Below are positions 26,380 to 38,828 of a DNA stretch of 64,000 bases, in pieces; position 1 is the first letter of the stretch; each line of letters opens with the position of its first letter. The DNA comes from Iphione sp. A-MEVVRFRX5 (taxonomy: Eukaryota). The notes beneath the pieces are model-generated. The model did no database searches, was not told the origin of the DNA, and worked only from the letters and a program-made list of their open reading frames with translations. The stretch is from contig OZ320323.1 of assembly GCA_976226885.1 (NCBI GenBank), positions 52,514,001 to 52,578,000 of the forward strand. Direction: 5' to 3'. The position numbers were made by a program, and so were the translations under genes.

Positions 26380-29300
26380 CCTTCACCATCCTACTCCAAA
26401 AGTCCTGTGGCAATAGGTGTATGGCAAAGCAGCAGGTGTGGATACACTGGAAGCTGTAGTTAGAAACCTACACACAGGCAGCTCAGACCATATACTCACT
26501 TCTCTCTGACTCACACAAGCAGTAGCATTTGACAGCCATCTGAGTGACTGAGCATCCCTCCTTAGGAATGCACTGCTCACCTCCCTAGAATGAGGAAGGG
26601 GCTAGGAAAGGTGTCCTAAAAAATTATCTGTTTCACTCAAACTGGCCAGCTTACCACAGCTAGAGAGGATCCAAGATTAGCGGTAGAAAAAACAAGAAAC
26701 CTATCAGGACTACAAACCTGGTCTTTGGGACCTGGAATGTATGTACACTAATGGACAACATCAATTCCAAGAGACCTGAGAAGCACACTGCCCTTGTTGC
26801 ATGTAAACTCTCATGATACAAGATAGACATTGCTGTCCTTTGTGAAACATGCTTTGCTGAGGAGGGCCACCTTACATAGTCTGGCACTGAGTACACCTTC
26901 TTCTGGAGTGGACAACCTAAAGAAGAAAGGAGGGAGGCTGGTGTTGGCTTTGCAGGAAAGACCTACCCTGTCACAAAGCTTACAAGCTTTCCCAAGGGTG
27001 TAAATGACCACACTATGACTCTATCTCTACCACAAAGTCAGAGCAAGCAAGCTACTATCATCAGTTGCTTTGCACCCATAGTGACAAACTCAGATGAGGT
27101 GAAAGTTTTATGATGACCTTTACAATTTTGTCAAATCTGTTCACAGATCACATAAGCTTGTCATCCTCAGGGACTTCAATGCCAGAGTAGAGGCTTACCA
27201 CACCACATAGAAAGGCATAATTGGAAAGCATGGAGTTGGGAAATGCAACAGCAATGGCTCTCTGCTACTGCAATTGTGCTCTGAATATCAACTTGTCATG
27301 ACGAATACAACTTTTACACTCCCCGTACAGAACAAAACATTATGGATGCACCCAAGATCAAAGCACTGGCATCTCATTGACTATATCACTGTTTCATAAG
27401 TAGATCAGAAAGATGTTTGTGTGTCCAAGAGCATGTATGGAACTGAGTGTTGGACAGAGCATAGACTCATTCGCTCAAAACTAAAGATGAAAATAAAACC
27501 CAAAAGATGTCCTCAAAGGTCTGTAACCTATAAAAGACTGAACATCACAAAGCTAAAGAACAAAGAAACAAAGCAAGCATTCTAAGAGGAAGTTGGTATT
27601 ACACTGAATGAACTTTAACCATCAGAAGATGTTGAGAAACATCGGACACCACTTTGCAGTGCTGTCTTTGATGCATCTTCTAAAATCCTTGGACATCCAG
27701 TCCACAAACATCAAGACTGGTTTGATGAAAATGACTCAAAGATCAACAAAAGAGGCATCTTCAAAGAACAAGCAACAACAACCCAACAGAAACAAACAAG
27801 TCAGTCTATAGACATTTCTCTAACACCATCCAGCATGAACTTAGACTTATGCAAAATCAGTGGTTATGTAATAAGGCCCAGGAGATTCAAGGATCTGCTG
27901 ATAGACAGGAAATGAAAAACTTCAGTGTTCTAAACTGACCCTCCCAGATTAACAATGAAGCTATTGAGCATCTACCTCAGGTACCAATCAATGAAGACCT
28001 TGATATGGTTTCCTCTCCAACAGAAAAAGAAAAGACTATTAAGCAGCTATCAAGCAGAAAGGCATCAGGAGGGGATGCCATACTACCTGAAGTCTATAAG
28101 CATGGAGGTCCAATACTACTGGAGAAGCCAACATCACTCTTACAAAACATCTGGGACAAGGCTAACCTACCCCAAGAGTTCAATGATGCTAACATGATTC
28201 ACCTTTATGGAAGGAAAGGGAACCATCAATCTTGTGACAACCACAGAGGCATGTCACTTCTGTCAATTACATGGAAAATTCTTACAAGAGTCATCCTCAA
28301 TCACCTTATCATGCATCTTGAACAAGGCCTCCTACTGCAAAGTCAGTGTGACTTCTGAAAGGATAGAGGTACCACATACATGATCTTTGCAGCTAGATAA
28401 CTACAGGAAAAATGTCACAAACAAAATGTTGAGCTGTTCACCACCTTCACTGACCAAAGTTCATAAGCACCTATGGAAAATCATGGCCAAGTTTAGATAT
28501 CCAGAGAAATTTATGATTGTGATGAGAGAATTCCATGATGGCATGCAAGCCCAGTTACTTGACAATTGGGAATTTTCTAAGCCATTTTCTGTCACAAATT
28601 GTGTTAAACAGGGATGTGTCCTTGGACCAAACTTATTCAGCATCATGCTCACTGCAAAGCTACATAATGCATTCAAGCCAGAAGAGCCAGAGTTTGAAGT
28701 GAGATTCAGAACTACTGGAAAGCTCTTCAACCTCACTCACTTGAGAGCCAAGACAAAAACCAACACTACCATTCTCAGAGACTTCATTTGCTGATGACTG
28801 TGCCTTGAATGCAAGAAATGAAAGAGATATGCAACACAGTATGGATCCTTTCTCTGCTGCTTACCTTAATATTGGACTTACTATCAGTACCTAGAACACA
28901 GAAGACCTTTTCCAGCCAGCTCCAGGTCAGCCATATGTCAAACCCCAAATCACTGTTGGACATGAACCACTAAAATGTATAGACAAATTCACCTACCTTG
29001 GCAGCACACTATCCCATCAAGTTAACATTGACAATGAGACAGATGCTTACACATCTATAGCAAGCTGTGCCTTTGGGTGACTATGTGCATTAGTGTGGGA
29101 ATGAAGAGATATCCTTGAAGAGATATCCTTTTGAAAATGAAACTCCAAGTATAGCAAGCAGTCGTCCTTACCACCTTACTCATTGGTGTAGTACTTGGAC
29201 AGTATACCAGAATCATACTAAGAATCTGAACCACTTTCAAGAAAACTCAGCTACCCTGGGCTAGTCATGTCCATCGAATGCCAGACATATGACTCCCCCA

Positions 29301-29690
29301 AATACTACTCTATAGGGAGCTGACCACTGGAGCAAGAACAATGCGGTGGTCAAAAGAAATATTACAAAAACTCCCTAAAAGACTTCAACATTGATATATC
29401 AACTGAGAATCCAACACCATAGATTGTGCTATGTGGAAGAGCACTATTCACAAGGGAGCAGAGAATTTTGAGAAGAAAAGGATTTTCCTTGCACAGTCTT
29501 CTTGAGCTGCTTGGAAATTCCACCAAAGTCAAAGAGACACACTCCCTTCCATAAATGTTCTCACTTTGACAGGTCATTTCATACACAAATTGGCCTCACA
29601 AGTCATATGAGAACTCACAAAGGATGAGGAAAAGGAAACTGAGAGCATGGTCATCTTCAATGACAGAGGATGAAGAAGAGAGACAGACAT
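26380..29690 (+). mobile_element. RTE-clade non-LTR retrotransposon, near full length, decayed
   Basis: APE start LVFGTWNVCTLMD...RPEKHTALVA...DIAVLCET...YTFFWSG at ~26720. RT blocks GKASGGDAIL, DNHRGMSLLSITWKIL, VKQGCVLGPNLF, D(F)ICADDC. Terminal GLTSHMRTH at ~29590. Many stops and frameshifts. The 5' boundary is approximate. Confidence 0.92.
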
Positions 29691-29989
29691 GTTGGAATGG
29701 ACCAATTCTCTAAGCCCAGTACAGTGATGCATATTTCACCAGATAGGGCATGGTCTATTTCTCTGTAGACAGCCACTCAGTGCACAGGGTTGGAAAACGC
29801 CCCTCAACAAACAACCAGCATGTGGAGGATATATCAAACAGTCATATAGCATCTTCTTTCTCGAGCTACTAGTTTGGCCACTGCAAGTGCTGCAGTTGCG
29901 GATTATTGCTAGGGAGTGGCGCCCTCTGATGTCTGTTGTGTATTATAGCCTTCGCAGGCCAGTATACTCAGTTGGTGTTTGAATTTAAT

Positions 29990-32870
29990 GCAGTGCAGAT
30001 GCTATCAGCTCCCTGGCTATTGAGAAAAAGCTATGCCGGATACATTGGGAAAAGAACCATCAGATCAGGATAGCTTTATGGAGACTATCATGTACAAGCA
30101 CCTTACTAAAATCCAGGAGCTGGAGAACAGATTTAATAAGCTTGCCATGTCACAACAACACAAATCTAAGGCAAGGCCCAGGCAAGCCACCTCAATGGTC
30201 GTTACGAGATCAGCAGTGGCCAAGGCCCAGACTATACTCCACCAGACGAGCAGCCCTCACCAGGCACTTCTCAGGAAGCAGATACCCAGGAAGCAAGGCC
30301 TTCAACACAGAGCACAGATGCTCCACCGCCACCTACAATCAAGGCTGAGGAAGCCTGATGCATCCAAGAAATCTTCACCACGATATACCCAAAGGCACCT
30401 AAAACTGTGGGTAAGCAGCTATCCAAACCTACTCCAGCCAATTACAGTACATTGAAAGACCAATCCCACACCGACATCAGAAAAGCTACATTCCCACAGT
30501 TCTTAGCAGGGACTATGTCATTGAGGCTTGATCAGTCTGTTGATTATCCAGCAGACTAGGTGCACCAACACATTCAGACACTCAAAAAGAGGGATATATC
30601 CATTCATAATAAGGAGGTTCAAAACAGGTTCACCCCCCCCCCCCCAAACGAAGGAGAACATCGTACCCTGCCCAAAATGGAATTACTCCAAATCCACAGA
30701 TCATTCCCCTCATCTCTACAATGACTATTAATTTTATCATATATGCCCATATTGTTTTAGTTTCCAATAAACAGATGGGCCACAAGGTGGACCAGTGTCG
30801 CATGAGATGCCGCAGTCAGCCGCAGACCACCCCAGCTACCAAGCACAACCAACCCCAGCAAGAATTCCACTGACAGTGACAGGACCCAGAGTGGTAAACT
30901 CACCTCAGCAGAATGAGTCTCCACCAACCGATGACAATAATCCTTTACAACCATGCCTTGACTCTGTACTTGATTGTTGTGTTTGTATAAACCCAGAACC
31001 TACCATTACAACCCCTGTCATACACTTTAATATCCTAACAGCTTGACTGTTCCACTGGCCAACACCCTCCCCTTGTCCCGCCCCCCCCAACACCTTGCCC
31101 ACGCATATTAATTTTATCCGTTTGTGCCTCCAGACTCCCCAATCACCTGGAAGCCCGCATACCCCTCTATTTTCTCCTTAATATTCCCAATTGGGAACAA
31201 TTCCTAGATCTCCAAGATCCCGCAGAGTATGTCATCTTCTAATTTTTGAAATACGGTTTTCTCTTAGGATTTACAGGCACACCGATACTCACTAACAAGC
31301 GATCCCAGTACCCACTTCCCACTGCAGACATACCTCATGTTACCAAATATGTAGGCCCCTATGTGTAGAGCTAGGACCATAGTGCTCTCACAGGCCCATC
31401 TGACGAAGACCCTTTCTCCCCCCATTCAATTACCAGGCCCATTATGAGCAGGTCCAAAAAGAGTTCCACAAAAAAGAGAATAATCGTCGATCTTTGCACC
31501 AGTGTAGATAATGCCCAGATACTTAACGACAACTACTACTCAATCCCTGCCAGGGTACTGCTTCCATTAACATCCGACCTTTTCCATCTTATCATGACTA
31601 ACCCTCGCCAGCTGTATCTAGCAACATTAGACTTAAAACGTGCCTATCACCATTTTCCAGTAGATCCCCTGGATTGGCCACTACTAACATTCTAAGCTAA
31701 CCAGAAATTATTTACTTATCTAGTCTTCCACTTTAGCGCCAGATATTCCTCTCTCTTCCTGCAGTCCGTATCAGAAACAATAATTAAAAAGATAACAGCC
31801 TCAAACCCAACAATCCACGCCTATGCTTACCTTGACGAATACATTTTCATACATCATAACAAAAACTATTTGTCTGAGGCCTTCACTCGAGCAAAAATAA
31901 GTATATCCTGCCTCAGCTTATGCTAGCACATGATAAGTGTATTGCTCCAAGGATGTTGTCTGGTTAGGCGTAAGATTTCAAACAGATTCACGCATCATGC
32001 CCATTGCCATTGACAAGATTAATGGGTTGCATGCACTGCTACAGTATGCCCTTTCATCCCAAACTATGACCCTCAAGCAGGTCCAGTCATTATTAGGACT
32101 CATTAATTTTATAGGAAAATGCTCCCCGCATGCCCGATTGTTCATAACTTCCATCCTTGATCAGCACAGAACCGCAGCTCGCGAAGGATCTAAATCCCTG
32201 GAGCTATCGACTCAGTCTACGAAGGACTTGCAATGATTCAACGAATTCTTGCCTTGGTATAACAGTATCACTATCGCCCCCCCCCCCCCCCATCCACCCC
32301 GGTTGACATAATCCACTGCAACGCTTCATTCACTGGAATGGGTTTCTATTCTAACAACCACCACTACATAGCCCCAGTCCCCAAACTAATTAGCTCCCTT
32401 CCCATCACTCAATTGGAAGCATTCAATACTGCCATAGCGGTGTACATCGAACACCTAATCACGCTGACAAAAGGGTTGAAGTGGTCTGTGACAACTCTGC
32501 AATGGTGCTTCAGGCAGAACAAAGCAATCTCATCTAGCCATGATCGCTAGAGCAGTTTGGAAGATGGCTGCTGAAAACGGTATCCTACTGTTATTCACCC
32601 ACAAGCCAGGCCACACTATGATGTATGCAGACGCCCTTTCATGCCTCCCAATATCCCCGACGTATAAAGCCATTTACTGGTCCTTTGAAGAGAAATTCTC
32701 CAACAATATGAGAATTTTTCCATCCCATACAGTCATTTCCACCGGCCTTTCCTTTTAATTCCATACCCCAGACTTACAACCCTGGCCAAGTATGCGATAA
32801 GTAGGCAGCAACAGGCAGATAACTCTTTCCACCATGACCTCCTAGGCAAACTCATCTCATTTTTATCCCT
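29990..32870 (+). mobile_element. DIRS/Ngaro-like (tyrosine-recombinase class) retroelement fragment, decayed
   Basis: FLKYGFLLGFTG (~31250), LATLDLKRAYHHFPVDPLDWPLL, AYLDE, VWLGVRFQT, LKQVQSLLGLINF and an RNase H end LFTHKPGHTMMYADALS. These are the RT/RH style of DIRS-group elements. No recombinase ORF was seen. Confidence 0.75.
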
Positions 32871-35440
32871 CTTCTTCTACAAGCTGTATGTTTGTGATAA
32901 TTATTATTCACTTGATAATATATAGTGTTTTAATTACTAAAATTGAAGAGAGTTTTATCTATAAGTATAAACAAGTAATTTCTTCATTAAAAGAATTTGG
33001 AGTTATGTGATTGGTTGAAAAGTTGAGACAAAACTAATAAAGAATTTCTACCTTTAATTCTGTTTTAGAAAATCCTACAGAGCCAAAGACAGCAGGACGA
33101 AGTGAGAGAAGCTGCTGTCATAACAGAATTGTGCCAGTATTAATGTTCTAATCTAATGATTTGTATTTATCTATATTTTTAATAAAAATGTTTTTGTAAC
33201 AATAAAAATTTGCTGATAGTAAAAAAAATTAAATACATATTTCTGGAATTGTTTCTTATTCCTATTACTGAAAATGAAATGCTAATAAAATATTAAATAG
33301 TTTAGATAGTTTTTAAATTGGAAATAGTTCTAATAATATTAAATAACAATAGATTTAAAAGTATAGTAGAAGTAAACCATATTGAGAGAGAAAAAAATAA
33401 TATAGTCTTAAGATGTTGAAATGTGGTGGAATAAAAATTTCTAAAGTAGAATTTAGGTGGAAAAGTCGTGGAACTACAATGTAGAAATTCAACATGGAAT
33501 CCACATGATTTCAATTCTACACATTAACGTAGAATCCATGTGCCATTTCCACGTTCCTGCCACCTAACTTCCATGTGGATTCCACATGGTTTCCACCAGA
33601 ATCTGTTACTTGGGAGCAGGCAGAACTAGCAGTAGCATTCATCATCCACTATGGATTCAGTATTGAGCACCTACAAGTGTAGGTAATATAAGTGATATAA
33701 CAGGGTTATATTCTTTAACTTTGAGACTTGTGAGGAAATGACAAAACTACAACAATGGAAAGATAAGGCTTTTTATGTAGGATTTAAGCCGGAGTGGTAG
33801 TCCAACGTTGAGGGTGCTCATAACTAGGTCATACTATTCGCCGACGCCACCTAGGGCTAAGCGAATGATACATAGTAGGCACCTAACATACTGCAGTCAG
33901 TGCAGAGCTGCATGACCAGCAGTGGTGCAGGGTGTAGATTATAGGGTCTAGGAGTAAACAAATTGAGTCGTTCGATCCTAAATACACGTTCATGTGGAGT
34001 GAGGAGTGCTTATAGCATTCTGTATAAAAATAGGGGCTTCCTGGTGGCCTCGATGTCAGTTGTCTCACTGTTTGTCTTTGAATAAACGTCTAACACAATG
34101 AAAAGAGTCCTGTCAGTGTCCGTCGCGGAGCGTACGGTGGTGCAGTTAAGCCGACACGTTTCGCGCGCCATAGCATGAGGGAGCCATAACAAATCGGTAA
34201 ACTGTCAAACTGCCAAAGATGGCCGATCTATCTTTCTACATTGAAATTAGATGATTATTAAGTGCACATTATCTTTTTGGACAGGTACAAATCGATTCTT
34301 TAAAAATGAAAACTGTCCTTTACGTACCCGTTGACAATGAGTAAATGAGCGTCGGTTGCTATGTTATCCACAATAGGTTACGCGCTTCCAGATGCGAGTG
34401 TCAGCGTTTAGTTTCGCATTTTCTCGTCAAGCGTCAAATAAGAATGTACCAGTTATATGTTTTATTATTGGATGCGTTATCATAATAATTATTCGTTTTA
34501 TGTTGTGGTTCAAAGCTATTAATGTTTCCCTTCAAGTTTCGTCTACGGTTTCCCAGGGCTCCTTGCAAGTTGACCGGTTGCGGGTGAGGTTCCTGTTTGA
34601 CCGTGGACTCGGATGACGAGCTGTTAGGTCTACGATTCCACTTGAGACTTTCCAGCTGGGAACTGGTCGGCATTTAACAGAATAACTCACGTGAACATTT
34701 CTACAGAACCATACTCAGATGTTTTGCGTAATTCGGAAGTCTGTGTGGATAGCAGGCACTGCCTAGGTGTCTCAATGCTCCCTGTCAGTTACCAGCTAGC
34801 GCTGGAACTGCTCGTTGAGCACTACTAGTGTTGCTCCTGGTCTTAGTTCAGTCGAGCACATCAACAGCGGGAAGGAGCTAGCAGGAGAAATGAATTAACA
34901 TTGTCCCCAAGTTAGAGATATGTTATTTTATACTCATGTGTGAACTACCGGAGCCTAGAGGCAGCTGAACCTTTTGCCACGTAATACCCAACCTAAATTA
35001 TTACAAGTTATTTTCTCCTACGTGATTAATGCGTTCATGTATTGTTTCTATTTTATATTTCTCACATACCAGTAGTTATTGTTAAAATATTGGAGAAAAT
35101 ACTTGGAAGGAAGCGAAAAGATCTGAGGGATTTCCAGGCGCTGCCTGGCCACATACGACCGTGAGGATGAAGCTGTTGGAGGGAAGCTGTTGAGAGTAAA
35201 TCCAGATCCGGTGCTAAGGATTAAGCCAACAAACCGGGTGCTGAAGTCACTGTCTGCTGTCAATATTTCATCTGCTCTGAGATGTCGACACAAAATGGCA
35301 AGAAATGATCGCTTTTTAACTTCATTTAATTCTGATAATATTCTAGGATATAAACAACGATGTCTTGATTCATAGCAGGTAAGCTGAACACAGAAAACCC
35401 GGTATCACTATCAGCAGTACTTAGGCTTATCTTACGCTCC

Positions 35441-35881
35441 ACCTGGGGGTAATTTTTGCCCCTTTCACACTTCACGTCATTCCCCCAAATAAAGACTTGC
35501 TGTTTATCAGAAACGAAGACTTGTCAATCAGAAACAAGGACTTGCCGTTATTTGAAAAAAAAAACAGACTTGTTGTCATTCAGAAATGAGGACTTCTCGT
35601 TATTCGAAAAACAAAGATGTGTCATTGTTCAGAAAAATGAGGACTTGTCATTATTCAGAAATAATTGAGTTGTTGTTATTGTCCTCCCAACATCCTAATC
35701 ATAAAAAAAACATCCTGATCAGCTGACCAATGTGTACCTAAAAGCATTTCCTGTTCATATTTCTTATCTAACACACTCCCTTGTCATGTTATCAGTTTGT
35801 TTACATCCTTATCGAGGTCAACACTGATAAAAGTGAATCGACTGATCTTTGGACTCGGGGGGCAAAAGTTACCCCTGGGTG
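35441..35881. repeat. Inverted-repeat-bounded element containing ~7 degenerate 22-25-bp repeats
   Basis: acctgggggtaatttttgcccc (35441) vs ggggcaaaagttacccctgggt (~35860). Internal gacttgtcattattcagaaa-like units at 35490-35665. Confidence 0.55.
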
Positions 35882-36079
35882 GGGTTATGGTGTGTCCCTT
35901 GCTTGGAATCAGAGCTGGGCACCCAAGGAAATTTAGTCGCATTTCTTGATGTCCATGTCACAAATTAATATATTATTTCAACACTGAGTAGGTGAATAGT
36001 AAAAGAAAGTTGTCACATTTTTTAATCCCTGTGTCGCACATTTTTTGCGAAATGTGACAGGTTGCCCAGCCTTGTGGAA

Positions 36080-37400
36080 TATTATCCAACATGGAATTTT
36101 AGTGTATGTTGATAGATTACTGCCTGTAATTATGAAACACAAGAGAAGTCAATGTATGTCTTGATACAGTGAGGAAATTAAAGCTGCAATTAAAAGGAGA
36201 AACAAGGTGAAATTCAAGTACAAAAAATAAAATGGAGGGTAAGATACTACGTTATACGGACTGCAAAGAAAAACTACCCGAAAGACAAATTGACTGCATA
36301 GGCTAATAACCCTACCAGGTTCTGGAAACTTTAAAAACTGAATTGGGTTATGTTGAGCCTAGAAACAAAATTAAAATTAATGACCAAAAGTTGGAACATT
36401 GTAGTGTGTATGCATCTTTGTATGATTCCATTAGATTTGGAGGAGCTAGTGAGGCGTGTAGAACAAATTTGTGACTGCAAAAGTACAAAAATAAGTGATA
36501 TTCCAGGTAGGATATTAAAAACTTTCTTCCCAGACAACATCTTTTATTAGTCGAGACAAATTTTATATGCGTGTTTGACAACTGCTATCATACCTCTGGA
36601 AAGGAAATGTGTGGATGTCATACACATATTCAAAAGTGGTGACCAACATCTACCACTATTTATAGACCCATACGTACCTTAATGTCTATAGGAAAATTGA
36701 TGGAACATATCAATAATAGGGTTCATTGTTACGTGGAAAATAAAAAGTTGGTAGCCTCTTGCCAGTATAAATTTAGAAGAAATTTAGGTACTGACGTTGC
36801 GGTCATTGACTTGGTCCATTACTTTAACTTAGAATTAAATAATAATCAAAAAGTAATAGCTGCATTCATTGACGTTTCTAAAGCCTTTGATTCCATATCT
36901 CACAAAATGATATTAAATAGGTTGCAATACGTTGGATTTGAAATCTAATTCAGCATTGGAAAGGTATAATGTATACTGATGATATCTTAGTTTTTGTATC
37001 TTTCCTTTTCTCACAACAACAGTTAAAACATGATTTGTACAATCTTGAGAAATGGTCTCAGGAGAGCCGACTCAAGATCAATGTGCTACAAACTACATGC
37101 CTGAATTTACATACAAAACGAATAAATATATCCCCAGGCTACATCCTTTCGGGGGGGTTATGTTGAAACTCACACTAAGTCCCACTTTCCATGTGTACGG
37201 GTTTTCCCATACTCTGTGTACCTCTGTACAGGACAAAAACAACCTTAGGCTTTCTAAATGGTGCCTTTCCATGTAGCCATAGTCTGTAGTCTGGAGCCAT
37301 CTTTAGGCCCAAAACAGCCTGGGCCATAATTTTTTTTCTGACTCTGGACTCCAGATAGCCACACGGACCAGTTGGATAGACAAATGAGAATTTGATCCAG
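36080..37400 (+). mobile_element. L2/CR1-group LINE RT fragment, decayed
   Basis: YRPIRTL, GKLMEHI, QYKFRRNLGTDVAV, AFIDVSKAFDSISHKMIL and YTDDIL motifs, with deletions and stops. Confidence 0.85.
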
Positions 37401-38828
37401 GAAAAACATTATGTAACATATGATAGATGATGTAAGATATTTTCTAATTTGCATTCAAAGTCTTGCCATTTACACAGATTTGGTTTGATTTCCTTCCAAT
37501 CAGCAAAAAAAATGTCGACTTACACAGAAGGATTTTCTTCTGGTCAGCACACAAAAAAAATTGCCATTTACACAGATTTCAGTAGAATTCCTTCTGATCA
37601 GCACAGAGAGAGACAAGTAAAGAGAGAGACAAAGGGAGGAGATTGTGTGTCTGTACACGTGGAAAGCACCTATTCATGCCAGTCTGGAAAATTGGCTGAT
37701 TTCCCGGACTGTTACAGAGTACGGAAAAAAAATTGTACACATGGGAAGTGAGCCTTACCCTGGGTCCCTCACTGTAAACAATTACTTAGCAAAGGGGCTG
37801 AGAAGTTGCATTACTATAGATTAATTAGACAAAATATGCACTTTACCATTAGTTATGGTATTGCTACTATTACAACTCTTGGAATGAGATTCCAAACTGC
37901 GAAGTCTTTAACGCTCATAATCATCATTTAATGAGAAAAGAATGGACGTCATATCTGCTTATAGTGCTGTACAACATTGCAGTGATATAACCTCCACTAC
38001 TAGAAGGACTAGCAAGTCTGTTAAGTTGTTAGGACCAACCCTTTGTTGTGTGAGTCAGCACTGACGTCAGTTATGCAATGCGCTGCTTGCTTGGGTCTGG
38101 ATGGGAGCAGTGTCAGAGCGGAGGTTTTTGGTTTTGCTACAGTGGGAGCATTTAACAATGTCCACATGCTGGTGAGCGATGTATGTAGGAATTAATTGCA
38201 GCCACAGGCAGCATGCACTGCAGCTCTCTTGTTTTAGAATATTAATGGGCACCAGTGTGTTATGTCCACCAAATCTCTTCTAAGTAAGACTATACACTGC
38301 ATAACAGACCATGCAACCCCTACAGTGGTATTGATGTAATATCTTTAGCATATTAAGTTATATTGTAATAAGTTACTTTAACCTCACTGCTTTGTTACAC
38401 ATAACCTGGATGTGATCCAGTAATTACTAATATTGTGTTTGCACAATATCGTTCTGACCATCACTGGATGAAAATACATTGTATATTTCCAGTATAAATA
38501 ACCCTGTCAAAAATTGTTTGCAATGCAGACGAATCCTCTCCCTCGTTTCATTCCTCCACACCTGGAGCTGTTCTTTACTACATTTCCAGATGGTATTCAG
38601 TGCTCAGCTTTTAATATGAACTCTCATTCCAGGTTGTCTGGATATATTCTACGTGAGGCCTTTAGTGCTGGTAGTGAGTGCCAACTTATGATTTTACTAT
38701 TTTTCTTTCAGGCATTGGACAGTCAGAGAACCCAGGACCGAGACAAAACAAAGTCCTGTATCGGTGTCATCAACTTCTCCATTCTGTGGTAATTCTTCAC
38801 CTCAGTGTTGCCACCAGACACAGGCACC

